NCBI GenBank assembly: GCA_963782915.1 | Contig: CAWALK010000020.1 | Span: forward strand, 288,001 to 352,000 | DNA: 64,000 nt | DNA from: an uncultured archaeon | GTDB taxonomy: Archaea; Thermoproteota; Bathyarchaeia; Bathyarchaeales; Bathycorpusculaceae | Direction: 5' to 3' | Shown: positions 1 through 10,533 of the stretch, piece after piece | Position numbering within the stretch: position 1 is the first letter of the stretch | How the letters are laid out: each line of letters begins with the position of its first letter | Program-made: the position numbers and the translations under genes | The notes under the pieces: model-generated | Databases searched by the model: none | What the model saw: the letters and a program-made list of their open reading frames with translations, nothing else | What the model was told of the DNA's origin: nothing

Positions 1-732
1 GGTAGGGCATCATGAGTTTGATGCGTTTCTCTTTTTCAGCTGCGAATTTGGGGTCGGTGAAGAATTCCATATCAATCCATGTATCAGTATAAACGAAATC
101 TGCGTCTGCAACCGCCTTTTTTAACATCCAAAGTGGATTCCCAGAGCCCAGATTTCTTTGCTTCAGCCAAAATTTCGTCGTCACGTGAAGCCTCATTAAA
201 AATCGGTGTAACCGTGGTTAATTTGACGCCTGTTTTCGTGCAGCCCTCAATGAGGCTGTTGGTGACATTGTTGTGGACGCCGATGTAGACGAGTTTGGCG
301 CCTTTGAGTTTCCCCTTTTCTCTTTTATAGTGATTAAATCGGCTAGGGCTTGGCTGGGGTGATATTTTTCGTCACAGCCATTAATGACTGGAACACGTGA
401 AGCAGCTGCCATCTTCAGCAAATCCGAATTGCACAGCAACCGCGCCATGATGCAGTCGACATTGCGGGAGAGATACTGGAGTTCATCTGAGATGTCGGCT
501 AAGGCGAAGTTTGTGGTTCGCCAGTCAATGTATAATGCGTGGCCGCCCAGCTGAGTCATAGCTACCTCAAAGCTAACGCGGGTACGAGTAGAGGTTTTCT
601 GGAAAATCAGGGCTGCAGATTTGCCCTCGAAGGTTTTCAGGTATTTTTTGGGGTTGTTTTAACTTCAATGCCTAAATCAACAAGGCCCTCGAGGTGTTTT
701 CCACTTAATTCTTTGAAGTTAAGCAAATGCAT
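1..732 (-). CDS. argF: ornithine carbamoyltransferase (3' end outside window; two apparent frameshifts near 655 and 310)
   Basis: Manual translation from ATG at 732 (MHLLNFKEL); FQKTSTRTRVSFE carbamoyl-phosphate motif; VING..YHPSQALADL; YTDTWIDM downstream. Confidence 0.9.
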
Positions 733-833
733 CTTTAATGTGCCTTCAGTTACGCTTGAATCAACCATGCAATAATAAGCTTTATGCAAAAACCTTTTCC
801 GTAGAACCACTCAACCTGTACTTGGGACAAGAC

Positions 834-1661
834 ATGATTCTGCTCGTATCTTCCAACAAGGACATTGCAAGCCAAACAATCAAGCAGCAAATCCTAAAAC
901 ACTACATCTTCCACCAAACCCCCGAGACATTCGAACAGAACCCAGTTTATACCGCAGATGTCAACGAAAAAAGAGTTACATTGATAACTTTAAACGAGGA
1001 ATCGGTGCGGGCGCAGGATTTACCTGAGAAATTTCCAGAGGCAGAACTCATCGTTTTCATCTCACGCCATAGCAGCCAAAGCGCCAAACCAACCTTAACT
1101 GTTCATACCCCCGGAAACTTTGGAGCTGCAGAACTCGGCGGATTACCCAAAAACGTCTCCGTTTCCCCCGCGGTTGCGATGCAAACAGCCCTAAGAGCAT
1201 TACTGCACTACAAACAGCAACAGTTACTGCTTAACTATGAAGTTTCATACGAATGCACCCATCATGGCCCAAGCCTAAAAGTGCCCACAATGTTCATTGA
1301 ACTCGGAAGCTCCCCCGCGCAATGGAGTGATTCAGTGGCAGCCGAAGCTGTTGCACATAGCGCCATGACTGCAATCGCCAACTTTGAAACCCCAACAGCC
1401 ACCGCAGTTTTGGGCATCGGCGGAACACATTACAATCAACAGTTTACGTTGATGGCTATGGTGGGGGCAGCAACGTTTGGGCATATGATTCCAAAATACG
1501 CTGTTTCCTTAATAGATGCTGATTTGATCAGGCAGTGTGTGGAGAAAACTTTGGAGAAAGTGCCTTTAGCGTTGCTAGATTGGAAGGGTATTAAAAGTGA
1601 AGATAAACCTGGCTTGCTCGCTGCTTTGGAATCCGCTGGGTTGCCCTACAACAAAGTTTAA
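834..1661 (+). CDS. dtdA: archaeal D-aminoacyl-tRNA deacylase
   Basis: SRHSS..PTLTVHTPGN, ECTHHGPS, FIELGS and GIGGTHY motifs; usual position upstream of secE-spt5. Confidence 0.9.
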   Translation: MILLVSSNKDIASQTIKQQILKHYIFHQTPETFEQNPVYTADVNEKRVTLITLNEESVRAQDLPEKFPEAELIVFISRHSSQSAKPTLTVHTPGNFGAAELGGLPKNVSVSPAVAMQTALRALLHYKQQQLLLNYEVSYECTHHGPSLKVPTMFIELGSSPAQWSDSVAAEAVAHSAMTAIANFETPTATAVLGIGGTHYNQQFTLMAMVGAATFGHMIPKYAVSLIDADLIRQCVEKTLEKVPLALLDWKGIKSEDKPGLLAALESAGLPYNKV

Positions 1662-1780
1662 GCTTAACTGTGCCCATTTCCTTACGGGTAATGTTTAAAC
1701 GTCTTTATATTGTAGTTTTTAAACCTAAAAATTACAGCAACGTTTATTATTCCTGATGAAATCTTGAGTGTGCGGTAAAT

Positions 1781-1966
1781 ATGGGAGTAAAATCTTGGCT
1801 AACGCAGGCAGCTAGAACCTTAAAACTAGCCGTTAAACCTGATCGCGAAGAGCTCTGGCTCTCAGTCAAAATCAGCCTCTTAGGCATAGGAGCAGTCGGC
1901 TTAATCGGTTTCGTCATTAAACTACTAGCGTTCTTTTTAACTCAAACTGCCCCCGCAACTACTTAG
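1781..1966 (+). CDS. secE: protein translocase SecE/Sec61 gamma
   Basis: LKLAVKPDREE followed by one TM helix (GLIGFVI); upstream of spt5. Confidence 0.92.
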   Translation: MGVKSWLTQAARTLKLAVKPDREELWLSVKISLLGIGAVGLIGFVIKLLAFFLTQTAPATT

Positions 1967-1978
1967 AAGGTCACATGT

Positions 1979-2452
1979 ATGGATAAAAAAGAAGAGCTCT
2001 CACAAGTAAAAATATTCGCAGTTAAAACAACCACCGGCCAAGAACGCAACGTGGCACGGTTAATTGCATCCAAAGTAGAAATGACTCATATCCCAATAAA
2101 GGCTCTTCTTGTGCCAGACACACTAAAAGGCTACGTCTTCATCGAAGCAGATGGACCACACCTAATAGAAGAAGCCATCGCAGGCGTAAGACACGTCCGC
2201 TCCAGAATTCCAGGTCTAATCAGCTTCAACGAAATCGAACGCTACATAGTCCGCAAGCCAGTCATGGAAGACCTCAACGAAGATGACGTTGTAGAAATCA
2301 CCGGCGGACCATTCAAAGGTATGCGAGCCAAAATCACAAGACTCGATAAGTCTAAAGGCGAAGTTACGCTCGAATTACTCGAAGCAACATTCACTTTGCC
2401 AATTACAGTACATTCAGACTATGTAAAACTAGTAGAAAAAGCAAAAGCATAA
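1979..2452 (+). CDS. spt5: transcription elongation factor Spt5
   Basis: NGN domain (AVKTTTGQE, LKGYVFIEA) plus KOW motif (VEITGGPFKG). Confidence 0.96.
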   Translation: MDKKEELSQVKIFAVKTTTGQERNVARLIASKVEMTHIPIKALLVPDTLKGYVFIEADGPHLIEEAIAGVRHVRSRIPGLISFNEIERYIVRKPVMEDLNEDDVVEITGGPFKGMRAKITRLDKSKGEVTLELLEATFTLPITVHSDYVKLVEKAKA

Positions 2453-2463
2453 AGTGATACAAA

Positions 2464-2952
2464 ATGGCAGACAAAAAAGTTGTAGAATTAATCGTCAGCG
2501 GCGGTCAAGCCAACGCAGGTCCACCATTGGGTCCAGCATTGGGTCCATTAGGCGTCAACATAGTGGCTATTGTCAATAAAATCAACGAAATCACAAAAGA
2601 ATACGCTGGAATGAAAGTTCCAGTAAAGATAGCCGTTGACACTGAAGATAAAACCTTCGAAATAACCGTCGGCACACCCACAGCATCCGCACTAATAGTT
2701 GCTGAACTAAAAATCGAGAAAGGCTCAGGTACACCAAACAGCGTTAAAGTTGGCGACTTGACTATGGAGCAAATAGTAAAGATTGCAAAAATCAAGGCTC
2801 CACAGCTCTTAGCACCAAACACAAAGAAAGCTACAAAAGAGTTGCTCGGTACATGTGTCAGCATGGGCGTAACCGTTGAAGGCAAAGACCCCCGAGAAGT
2901 CCAGAGAGACATTGACGCTGGCACCTACGATAATGTATTCGGTAGTCCCTAA
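2464..2952 (+). CDS. rpl11: 50S ribosomal protein L11
   Basis: [18 protein letters not shown]; [12 protein letters not shown]. Confidence 0.97.
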   Translation: MADKKVVELIVSGGQANAGPPLGPALGPLGVNIVAIVNKINEITKEYAGMKVPVKIAVDTEDKTFEITVGTPTASALIVAELKIEKGSGTPNSVKVGDLTMEQIVKIAKIKAPQLLAPNTKKATKELLGTCVSMGVTVEGKDPREVQRDIDAGTYDNVFGSP

Positions 2953-3010
2953 TGTTAAGCGAATATTTTTATAATGGGGTTCTTATCCCCTATTGGCACG
3001 AGGCTTAAAA

Positions 3011-3664
3011 ATGCCCCTAGACACTAAAACCATTACAGAAGCAATTAAACAGGCAAAAGCTAAATCTGGTGAAAAGAAGTTCAACCAGACCATAGACTTG
3101 ATCCTTGACATCGTCGAAATCGACATGAAGGCACCAGAAGGCAAAATCCAAGAGATAGTAGAACTTCCACATGCAACAGGCAAACCAAACAAAATTTGTG
3201 TAGTTGCTTCTAGCGGAGACTTCGTTGTAAAAGCGAAGGGTACCGAAGCTGAAAAGGTAATTGAACGCTCAGACCTAGATGCCTTAAACGGCAAAAAGAA
3301 GGAACTGCGTAAACTCGCCAGCGACTACGACGTTTTCATCTGCGAAGTCCCATTGATGCCCTTGGTCGGTAGGATTTTGGGTCCAGTTTTGGGTCCAAGA
3401 GGCAAAATGCCAATTCCAGTTCCAGGAAACGCTGACTTAGCCGCACTAATCAAAAAGCACCGCAACACCGTAATTGTAAGAATGCGCGCTCAACCAATCA
3501 TTCAAGTTTCCGTTGGCTCCCAACAGATGAAGGATGAAGAAATAGTCGATAACACCATGACGGTTCTACGTATGTTAGATGGAAAATTAAAGCGTGGACT
3601 TAAAAACGTAAAGTTCGCTTTCATCAAGACCTCCATGGGTGAGCCAGTCAAAATTAAAGCTTAA
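3011..3664 (+). CDS. rpl1: 50S ribosomal protein L1
   Basis: KFNQTIDL, LGPVLGPRGKMP, KTSMG; start taken at ATG 3011. Confidence 0.96.
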   Translation: MPLDTKTITEAIKQAKAKSGEKKFNQTIDLILDIVEIDMKAPEGKIQEIVELPHATGKPNKICVVASSGDFVVKAKGTEAEKVIERSDLDALNGKKKELRKLASDYDVFICEVPLMPLVGRILGPVLGPRGKMPIPVPGNADLAALIKKHRNTVIVRMRAQPIIQVSVGSQQMKDEEIVDNTMTVLRMLDGKLKRGLKNVKFAFIKTSMGEPVKIKA

Positions 3665-3678
3665 GGAGAAGAAGAATT

Positions 3679-4545
3679 ATGCCATCCCAACAAGTATTAG
3701 ATGAGAAATCAAGCGAAGTAGAAGCCATAAAAGACATATTCAAAGAATACAAATCCGTCGGCATCGCCAGCCTCAAGAAGGTCCGCGCCTCACAGCTACA
3801 AGAACTCAAAAAAACCATGAAAGGCCAAGTTTACCTACGCGTCCTCAAGAACACACTGACTAAAATTGCCCTTGAAGAACTGAACCAAGCAGAACTCAAA
3901 AAGCTTGAGGAATACTTGGAAGGATCAAACGTTTTCCTCTTCACTGACTTAAACCCCTTCAAATTAGCCTTAATGCTCGAGAAGGGCAAAGTCAAAACCT
4001 TCGCTAAAGCAAACGATACCGCAGCAGAAGACATAGTTGTTCCATCAAGCAACACCGGTCAACCACCAGGACCAGTCATCAGCCAACTAAACGCCGTCGG
4101 CCTTCCTACAAGAATCGAGAACGGCAGCGTCTGGGTTAGCAAAGACACCCTTGTCGTACGCAAAGGTGAAGCAATCAACGATCGATTGGCAGGTGTCCTA
4201 TCTAAACTCGGCATAAAATCCGTCGAGTTAGGCATCTCCATGCGTGCAGTCTACGACAACGGTATGATGATTAACGGTGACCTACTCAAAGTTGACGTAG
4301 CAGCCACAAAACGCAGTGTTGAAGTAAGCAACCAAGAAGCATTCGCACTCGCACTCGAAGTCGGATACGCATCTAAAGATACAATTAAGCCACTACTACA
4401 ACGTGCACACCAGAAAGCAGTATCACTATCAGTCGGAGCAGCCATCCCAACCAAAGATACCATTGCAGAATTAATCCGCAAAGCCAACTCAGAAATGACT
4501 AGCCTAAGCAGCGCAGTCGACAAGGCCAAGCCAAAAGCAGCCTAA
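3679..4545 (+). CDS. rpl10: 50S ribosomal protein L10 (P0)
   Basis: VLKNTL, NTGQPPGP, LSKLGI; AAGGAG ribosome-binding site upstream. Confidence 0.95.
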   Translation: MPSQQVLDEKSSEVEAIKDIFKEYKSVGIASLKKVRASQLQELKKTMKGQVYLRVLKNTLTKIALEELNQAELKKLEEYLEGSNVFLFTDLNPFKLALMLEKGKVKTFAKANDTAAEDIVVPSSNTGQPPGPVISQLNAVGLPTRIENGSVWVSKDTLVVRKGEAINDRLAGVLSKLGIKSVELGISMRAVYDNGMMINGDLLKVDVAATKRSVEVSNQEAFALALEVGYASKDTIKPLLQRAHQKAVSLSVGAAIPTKDTIAELIRKANSEMTSLSSAVDKAKPKAA

Positions 4546-4622
4546 AATTTTCTTTTCTCTTTTATTGTTTTTATTTTACAATTTAGAGTTAAGCTTTGAT
4601 TTTGAATTCTATTTTATTTTTA
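4546..4622 (+). terminator. oligo-T terminator region after rpl10
   Basis: Several T-runs directly after the stop codon, facing a convergent gene. Confidence 0.55.
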
Positions 4623-4676
4623 GAGTTAGCTCTCTATTTCCGTTTTTCCTAAAAAAGAGAAGGTTATGAAAAAATG

Positions 4677-5015
4677 TTAGTCTACGTGTTCATGCTCATG
4701 ATCGTGTTCATGTTCATGCGCATGTTCATGGGTATGGCTGGTTCTGTATGACGCACGCCAGGCTCTGCCAATTACCGCCGAAATAATCGCCACAACAAGG
4801 AAAGTCACAGCGGTTAAGAATAGGTCGCCGCCGCCTGAGAGGCCACCGGTTAAAACCCAGACTAGAAGCGCCGCTAACAGTGCGATTGGGAACGCGAATA
4901 GGAAGCCGACGATGGCAATTATGATTATGCCTACCACTATTAAGATGACAAGTATCCAAAGAAGAGACCAAAAATCAGTGGGTATAGCTATCTGTAGAGC
5001 AGTTAGCATTGACAA
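4677..5015 (-). CDS. small membrane protein with His-rich C-terminal tail
   Basis: About 3 hydrophobic helices, then HTHEHAHEHEHDHEHEHVD. Confidence 0.8.
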   Translation of the reverse strand: MSMLTALQIAIPTDFWSLLWILVILIVVGIIIIAIVGFLFAFPIALLAALLVWVLTGGLSGGGDLFLTAVTFLVVAIISAVIGRAWRASYRTSHTHEHAHEHEHDHEHEHVD

Positions 5016-5104
5016 AAATTTTACCTCTGACTAGAAAGGGGCCTTTTTGGATATTTAACGGTTTGTTACATGCGTTGGTTGCCCACAAAAAAGGGTCGGC
5101 AGCT

Positions 5105-5560
5105 TTATTTTTCTAAGCGGTGCCTGTAACCTTCATAGTCGGGCAGTCTGCGACAATAATCCTCATGCATCAACGTTGATGATATTATGAAGTCAGCGGA
5201 GGACCTGTTCATGGCAATGGGAATATTCCAAACAACCGCCACTCGCAGGAGCGCTTTTACATCTGGGTCATGAGGCAATGGCGCCAATGGATCCCAGAAG
5301 AATATGAGGAAGTCGATGTCGCCGTCGGCTATGCGTGCGCCAACCTGCATGTCCCCACCCAAAGGACCCGACTCTAAAACATGAATGTCCAAGCCTAATT
5401 CTTTCTCAAGAAGCAACCCAGTGGTTCCAGTCGCGTAAAGGTCATGTTTCTCCAGCAGAGTACAGTTGTATTTTGCCCACTGTAGCATGTCCTCTTTTTT
5501 GTTATCATGGGCGATAAGCGCGATTCTTTTTTTGCGTCTAATAGTTGCAGATTTTATCAA
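5105..5560 (-). CDS. mgsA: methylglyoxal synthase
   Basis: IALIAHD.KK, ATGTTG, SGPLGGD.Q, FFWDPL...[11 protein letters not shown]. Confidence 0.95.
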   Translation of the reverse strand: MIKSATIRRKKRIALIAHDNKKEDMLQWAKYNCTLLEKHDLYATGTTGLLLEKELGLDIHVLESGPLGGDMQVGARIADGDIDFLIFFWDPLAPLPHDPDVKALLRVAVVWNIPIAMNRSSADFIISSTLMHEDYCRRLPDYEGYRHRLEK

Positions 5561-5694
5561 GCTGCTTCCCTAGCCTTAGCGTTTGCGGATTTCTTTATAA
5601 TTGTTCCGCTGTACAACAATCGATTAGCACTGTGAATTAGGAATAAAGGTTATTTAGGCAAAGCTTCGATAGGCGATGTTCGGGGAGAAGATAG

Positions 5695-6332
5695 TTGGGT
5701 GCATTGAAGAGTTTAGCCCAAGGTTACCTCGCTGCTACGGGTATCGTGTGGGTCTTTAACATTATAGCGTTGATTAGGGGCGGCGACGCTTGGTTGGGGC
5801 TGGCTTATTTGTTGATTCTGCTTATTCCAGTCTCAAGCTTAGCTATCCTCAAACTGTCGGGCTCCAACCAGGTTACACTTGACCGCAAGGTAGATTGGCG
5901 TAGCCTCCTCTTTGGCTTCCAAGGCGTAGCCTTAGCGTTCTGGAGCTTCGACATAATAACAACATTCTATGCCATAGACTTCACCGGTTTAGCCATCGAA
6001 TTAAACCCGATGGGTTGGCCTATGGGCATCTTGGGCGCCTTCGCCTTTTACGGTCCAACCTTGATGTTTGCGTATATGTTGCTGTTTAGAATCAAAGCCA
6101 ACATTGCCCTCTACGCTGCGGTGCCCTTAACGTTTATAACGTTGGGGATGGCTTCCATGAATTTGGTGGCGGGGGCGCAGAACTTCCAAGTTTTCGTTGA
6201 CACCGCCGCACTTGACGCGGCATACGCTTCGGGTTGTTAGCAACGATTGCCACCTTAAACTTGGCAATCCCATTAACCCTAAAACACACGATTACCCACC
6301 CCAAACCGCAATTTAGCCTAAAATCGGCTTAA
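5695..6332 (+). CDS. multi-pass membrane protein (frameshift near 6235)
   Basis: Hydrophobic ORF with D..TT..A...G...ELNP motif; hydrophobic reading continues in another frame to TAA at 6330-6332. Confidence 0.65.
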
Positions 6333-6499
6333 ACATGCTGCTTGCTCCCACGTTGCCTGCGGTGATAGAGGTCCTCTTGAGTGTCCGGTTTATGTTTAAT
6401 CCCTTCACGAGTAGGCACTGTGGTTGTATGGTCTTTAGGTTCTACTTCAACGTCTTCAGAAACCGCTTCGTTCATGGGCAAATCCTTCTTTCTACCCAA
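6329..6499 (-). CDS. small hydrophilic hypothetical protein (56 aa, not in ORF track)
   Basis: TTG start with GAGGTGA ribosome-binding site upstream; MGRKKDLPMNEAVSEDVEVEPKD...RGSKQHV. Confidence 0.6.
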   Translation of the reverse strand: MGRKKDLPMNEAVSEDVEVEPKDHTTTVPTREGIKHKPDTQEDLYHRRQRGSKQHV

Positions 6500-6609
6500 A
6501 AAATGTTCACCTCAACAAACAGCGAGTAAAGTAACATCTTAAGCATATGTGGGTTAATGCAAGCAACAACAAGAAACAAAAATCAAAAAATAAATTAAAA
6601 AACGGTTTG

Positions 6610-7089
6610 TTACGCTAATTTCTTAGTCATAACGTACGCGTCTTCGCCGTCACTGTAGTACCCGTTAATTGTGCGGGTAATCTCAAAACCCAACTTTTTA
6701 TACAGCGAAATCGCAGCATCATTCGTCACACGCACTTCCAAGAAGCCCTGCTTAGCCTTATAGTACTCCATGCCCTGCAGTGCCCTGTTAATAATTCCTT
6801 GGGCAACACCTTTCCTTCTGGCTTGCGGCAACACTGCAATAGAGACAACATGGCCTTTCCGGACTAAGCCGCCGAAGCCAAAATTCGATAACCCTACTTC
6901 TATGCGGCACATGATGTAGCCGATGATTTTTCCCTCTTCCTCTGCAACGATAAAGGTCTCCGGAAACCGTTGATGAAGGTCCACGAAGAAGAAATCAGTA
7001 TAGTTTTCTGGGAGGCATACACGGTTGATTTGCATAACCGATTGTAGGTCGTCTGGGACAAATTTGCGTAGTATGAAGGTTTGTTGCAT
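6610..7089 (-). CDS. N-terminal protein acetyltransferase (Ard1/RimI-like GNAT)
   Basis: LPENY, GHVVSIAV...RRKGVA, LEVRVTN..AI.LY, YYSDGEDAY. Confidence 0.92.
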   Translation of the reverse strand: MQQTFILRKFVPDDLQSVMQINRVCLPENYTDFFFVDLHQRFPETFIVAEEEGKIIGYIMCRIEVGLSNFGFGGLVRKGHVVSIAVLPQARRKGVAQGIINRALQGMEYYKAKQGFLEVRVTNDAAISLYKKLGFEITRTINGYYSDGEDAYVMTKKLA

Positions 7090-7187
7090 CGTTTCGCCTT
7101 GCCTAAACAGGATTTCCGTGTTTAAACTTAAAGGTTACGCTTTAAACGTCAACCATGCGCCTACAATTCCATATTGGAGATGCGGGT

Positions 7188-8471
7188 TTAGGCTTTGTTT
7201 TCTTCAGGTGCCTTGAAAACTGGCAGGGTATAGCTTCCTTGAGGCATTGCCCAGACACGGGAGGCTGAACCTGCGATTTTGAAGGCTTCGTTTAAGGCGT
7301 CGTTTACTGCGCGCGCGGTTTTCAATTTAAAGATGCTTGTTGCATAGAAATCCGGCATTGAAGAAACCAAAATTATTGGGTGATTTTGCAGGGCTTTTAG
7401 GAGGTAGAGTGCTTTGTGTCCGCCCATGACGAAGTTGCGTTTAACCTCTTTCTCGACGGCTTTTATGTCTCCTAAACGTGTCATCCAGTCATAGAAGACT
7501 TGGTTGCCGTGGCCTTCGAGGCATTCAGCGACTAATATGATGACTCCGCCGCGTTTGACTGCATCTAAGGCGTTGTCTAAGCCCTTGTAGGCTTGGTAGA
7601 GGTTCATGTCAGCTGGGTATCCACCGGCGCTAACGACTATGATGTCGGCTCGGCGGTCCACTGTTATCTGGTACATTTCATCCACCAGTTTAACGCCTTC
7701 CAAGAATGCGGCTTCAACGTCGCCTGCGAAGGCTTTCACGATTTCGCCTTTCTTGTTCTCAACTACGTTAACGATAAAGTCTACTTTTGCTAGCCGCGCA
7801 GCTTCAGTCATATCCACATGCACAGGGTTACCTTCGAGGATTGCTGTTCTGGCGTTGGGGTTTACTAGCATGGCGTGGTTATGCTGGATGGTTTCGTTAC
7901 CGCACACCGCTGGCAAGACGCTTTTTCTTCCGCCGCCATACCCTGCATAATAGTGATAGTTCACGTCGCCAAGAAGCACTCGGACGTCGGCTTCGGCGAA
8001 GACGCGGTTAACCATTATTTTGTTGCCATAGGTTTTGGTTGTGCCTATGTTGACTAAATCTGTGGATGTGCAGCAGTGGCTAATTGCTTTGACTCGTTTG
8101 AGCGCCTCTGCTCCGAGGAGTTCGGTGGCTTCTTCGGGTTTAACTGCTCGGTGGGTTCCGCAGCCAAAAATTACTGTGACGTTTTCGTCTTTTACGCCTG
8201 CCTCATTGAGCTCGGCGAGCACTGGGATGAGCATGCGTTCGCTGGGGGCTTTGCGTGTAGCATCGTCAACTACGATGGCGACTTTGGATTCGGGCTTGGC
8301 GATTTCTAAGAGGCGTTTGGTTCCTATGGGTTCTTTTAGTGCGCGTTCGACTTCTGCTTTCTGGTCAGGTGCCGCTGCTCGGTCTTTGGGTTCAATGGTG
8401 CCGAGTAGGTTTCGGGCTGGAACGCGGACGCATACGTCAGTTTTTCCGTAAGGAAGCCAAACATCAACCAT
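7188..8471 (-). CDS. larA: nickel-pincer lactate racemase (LarA) family protein
   Basis: DD.TR, GTHR, HYYAGYGGGRKS and GGYPAD.NLYQA.K motifs; substrate not determinable. Confidence 0.85.
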   Translation of the reverse strand: MVDVWLPYGKTDVCVRVPARNLLGTIEPKDRAAAPDQKAEVERALKEPIGTKRLLEIAKPESKVAIVVDDATRKAPSERMLIPVLAELNEAGVKDENVTVIFGCGTHRAVKPEEATELLGAEALKRVKAISHCCTSTDLVNIGTTKTYGNKIMVNRVFAEADVRVLLGDVNYHYYAGYGGGRKSVLPAVCGNETIQHNHAMLVNPNARTAILEGNPVHVDMTEAARLAKVDFIVNVVENKKGEIVKAFAGDVEAAFLEGVKLVDEMYQITVDRRADIIVVSAGGYPADMNLYQAYKGLDNALDAVKRGGVIILVAECLEGHGNQVFYDWMTRLGDIKAVEKEVKRNFVMGGHKALYLLKALQNHPIILVSSMPDFYATSIFKLKTARAVNDALNEAFKIAGSASRVWAMPQGSYTLPVFKAPEENKA

Positions 8472-8603
8472 GCCAAGTCACTTATGTTGAATTTACTCGG
8501 TGCATGAAACTATTAAGCCTTATCAAGACGGGACCAAGAAAAGGCGGGTACGGCAGAGGGATATGACGAAGCTTTAAAACCAAGTTGGCGGTAGGAAGCC
8601 GTT

Positions 8604-9123
8604 ATGGATCCTAAATTCAAGCCCTTCAGTGATAGAATTTATCGGATTCTTATGGAATTCTTCTTTCTTTTTCAAGCATTCTGGATTTTTGGCAAATATA
8701 GCGACTATATCTACAGCAATTCGGCTGTTTATTTTTGCACTGGAATGGTGCTAGTGACTATGATTCCTGGTTAGCATTATACTTTGGGATGTTAGGCAGC
8801 TTAGACAGAGCAAGCTGCATTTTAAGACTGATCTAAAAACCAAAAGAATGACTTATGCCGAGTTAGGGACAGCTATTACTGCCTTTACCTTTTATGGAAT
8901 AAGCGCATACGCGCTGTCTATTTTTGATCCTTCAAACCCTGCTCTTTCCCAACTCGACATAAATAAACGGAGAATCCTCCACCCCTACCAGTCTTTATCA
9001 TTTGAACTAATCCTTCTGGCGTTCCTGTTCTATGCCATTACCCTTGCTTTGTTCTATGCGTTTCTTCCCAAGCAGATAGCCGAGGAACCACAAGCTGAAT
9101 CCTCAACCGTAACGACGTTTTAA
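8604..9123 (+). CDS. membrane hypothetical protein (frameshift near 8770)
   Basis: ATG at 8604 (MDPKFKPFSDRIYRIL) plus hydrophobic ORF 8848-9123. Confidence 0.5.
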
Positions 9124-9191
9124 TGAAATACTTCTTTTATTATTCTTGTGCTTCGGTAAGTTTTTAAGCCCAAAAAACCCATACGCAGGTA

Positions 9192-9749
9192 ATGTCCACT
9201 TCCAAAGAGATTTCTACAAGCCTAGACGTTGGCTGCGGCGTAACCCCCACAGGAACCGTAAATGTAGATTTTGTTCGAAGCGGCGAAAACCTCCATGTCG
9301 GCGCAGTCATGCTGGACCCACGCAGCATCTCTAACTTTGTTGTCGCCGACGCCTCCCATTTACCATTCAAAGACGACGCATTCAGCCTAGTATTTTCTAG
9401 TCACGTAATAGAGCATGTGCCTGACCCCAAAAAAATGTTCGCTGAACTATGCCGAGTCTCCAAAGAGAAAGTGCTTATTCGGTGCCCACATAAGCGTGGA
9501 AGCGGCGCAAAAAGACCCCACCACTTAACCTACATCGATGAAGCATGGTTCAGGGATGCTGCCCAATCGATAGGTGTAGCGCATTGTGAGCGGATTACAG
9601 CGGTTGATTTCCCGATTAGCAACCGTTTGCCCCATAAGATGGTTAATAGGATTAACAAGGGGTTTGCTTGGCGTGTTTTTAGGCATGCCGAGTTTGTGCT
9701 GCATATTCCCTATGAAGTTGAATGCCAGGTCAATAAGGCTGCCAAATAG
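9192..9749 (+). CDS. class I SAM-dependent methyltransferase
   Basis: LDVGCG, ADASHLPFKD, HVIEHV. Confidence 0.85.
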   Translation: MSTSKEISTSLDVGCGVTPTGTVNVDFVRSGENLHVGAVMLDPRSISNFVVADASHLPFKDDAFSLVFSSHVIEHVPDPKKMFAELCRVSKEKVLIRCPHKRGSGAKRPHHLTYIDEAWFRDAAQSIGVAHCERITAVDFPISNRLPHKMVNRINKGFAWRVFRHAEFVLHIPYEVECQVNKAAK

Positions 9750-9933
9750 CCTCAGTGGCATCGTTTGGCTAATCGCCCTTGTGTTGTCATTAATTCTGCT
9801 GATTGCATTCTATGGTCGGGATAGCATTTTCCTTTACGAAAATATTCTTGGTCTCATTCCAATGGCCTTCTCGATTTTGATGTGCGCTTCTTTTATCACA
9901 TACTTGCTCGGAAGGAAAAACAGAAATCAATAA
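9739..9933 (+). CDS. small two-TM hypothetical protein (start uncertain)
   Basis: Two hydrophobic segments and a basic tail in the C-terminal part of ORF 9586-9933. Confidence 0.45.
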   Translation: MPNSLSGIVWLIALVLSLILLIAFYGRDSIFLYENILGLIPMAFSILMCASFITYLLGRKNRNQ

Positions 9934-9972
9934 ACAGGTAACGCTAACCCACCAAAGAGGCAGGCCCTAAAA

Positions 9973-10533
9973 TTAGGGTGTTTTGCAAATGCGGACTGCG
10001 TCGTCTTTAATGCCCCGCAATTGCTCAGCAGTAGGTTTACCCCTAAGGTCGCCAAGTCGGCCTTGAGTGCTGTGTTCTATTGAGCCGTGGAATTCACACA
10101 GAATATACCATTCCGCTGCAACAGTGAAGCCTATGTGGTCAAAGTATTGCCCTATATCTTTGCCTACGGGGATGGCTTCATTGATTCCTGTGTGTGGGCC
10201 TGAATAGGTTACGAAGACTATGGCTTTTTTGCCTTCAACTTTTGGGGCGTCAAGCTTTATTTTGCCGTTTTCTCGGTAGAAATTGAATTTTTTTTGCAAG
10301 AACTTGGTCATTTGTTCGGGTGGATGCCAGGAGTGGGATGGGCAGCCTACGCAGACTAAGTCGTAATCGTAGTAGTCGAGGTTTTCGGCTTCTTCGGGTT
10401 TTTTGATGGTTACGTGGACGTTTGCTTCTTCTAGGCCTTGTTTTATGGCTTTGGCTACTTTTTCTGTGTTGCCGGTTTTGGACCAGTAGATTATGAGTGC
10501 TGTTTCGATTTTTTTGAACTCGAAAGGTTTCAA
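9973..10533 (-). CDS. flavodoxin family protein
   Basis: IIYWSKTGNTEKVA FMN-binding loop; YDLVCVGCP. Confidence 0.88.
   Translation of the reverse strand: MKPFEFKKIETALIIYWSKTGNTEKVAKAIKQGLEEANVHVTIKKPEEAENLDYYDYDLVCVGCPSHSWHPPEQMTKFLQKKFNFYRENGKIKLDAPKVEGKKAIVFVTYSGPHTGINEAIPVGKDIGQYFDHIGFTVAAEWYILCEFHGSIEHSTQGRLGDLRGKPTAEQLRGIKDDAVRICKTP

Noticed and set aside
6335-6529. Plus-strand 64-aa ORF from the track
   Set aside because: The opposite-strand ORF 6329-6499 has a strong RBS and more plausible composition
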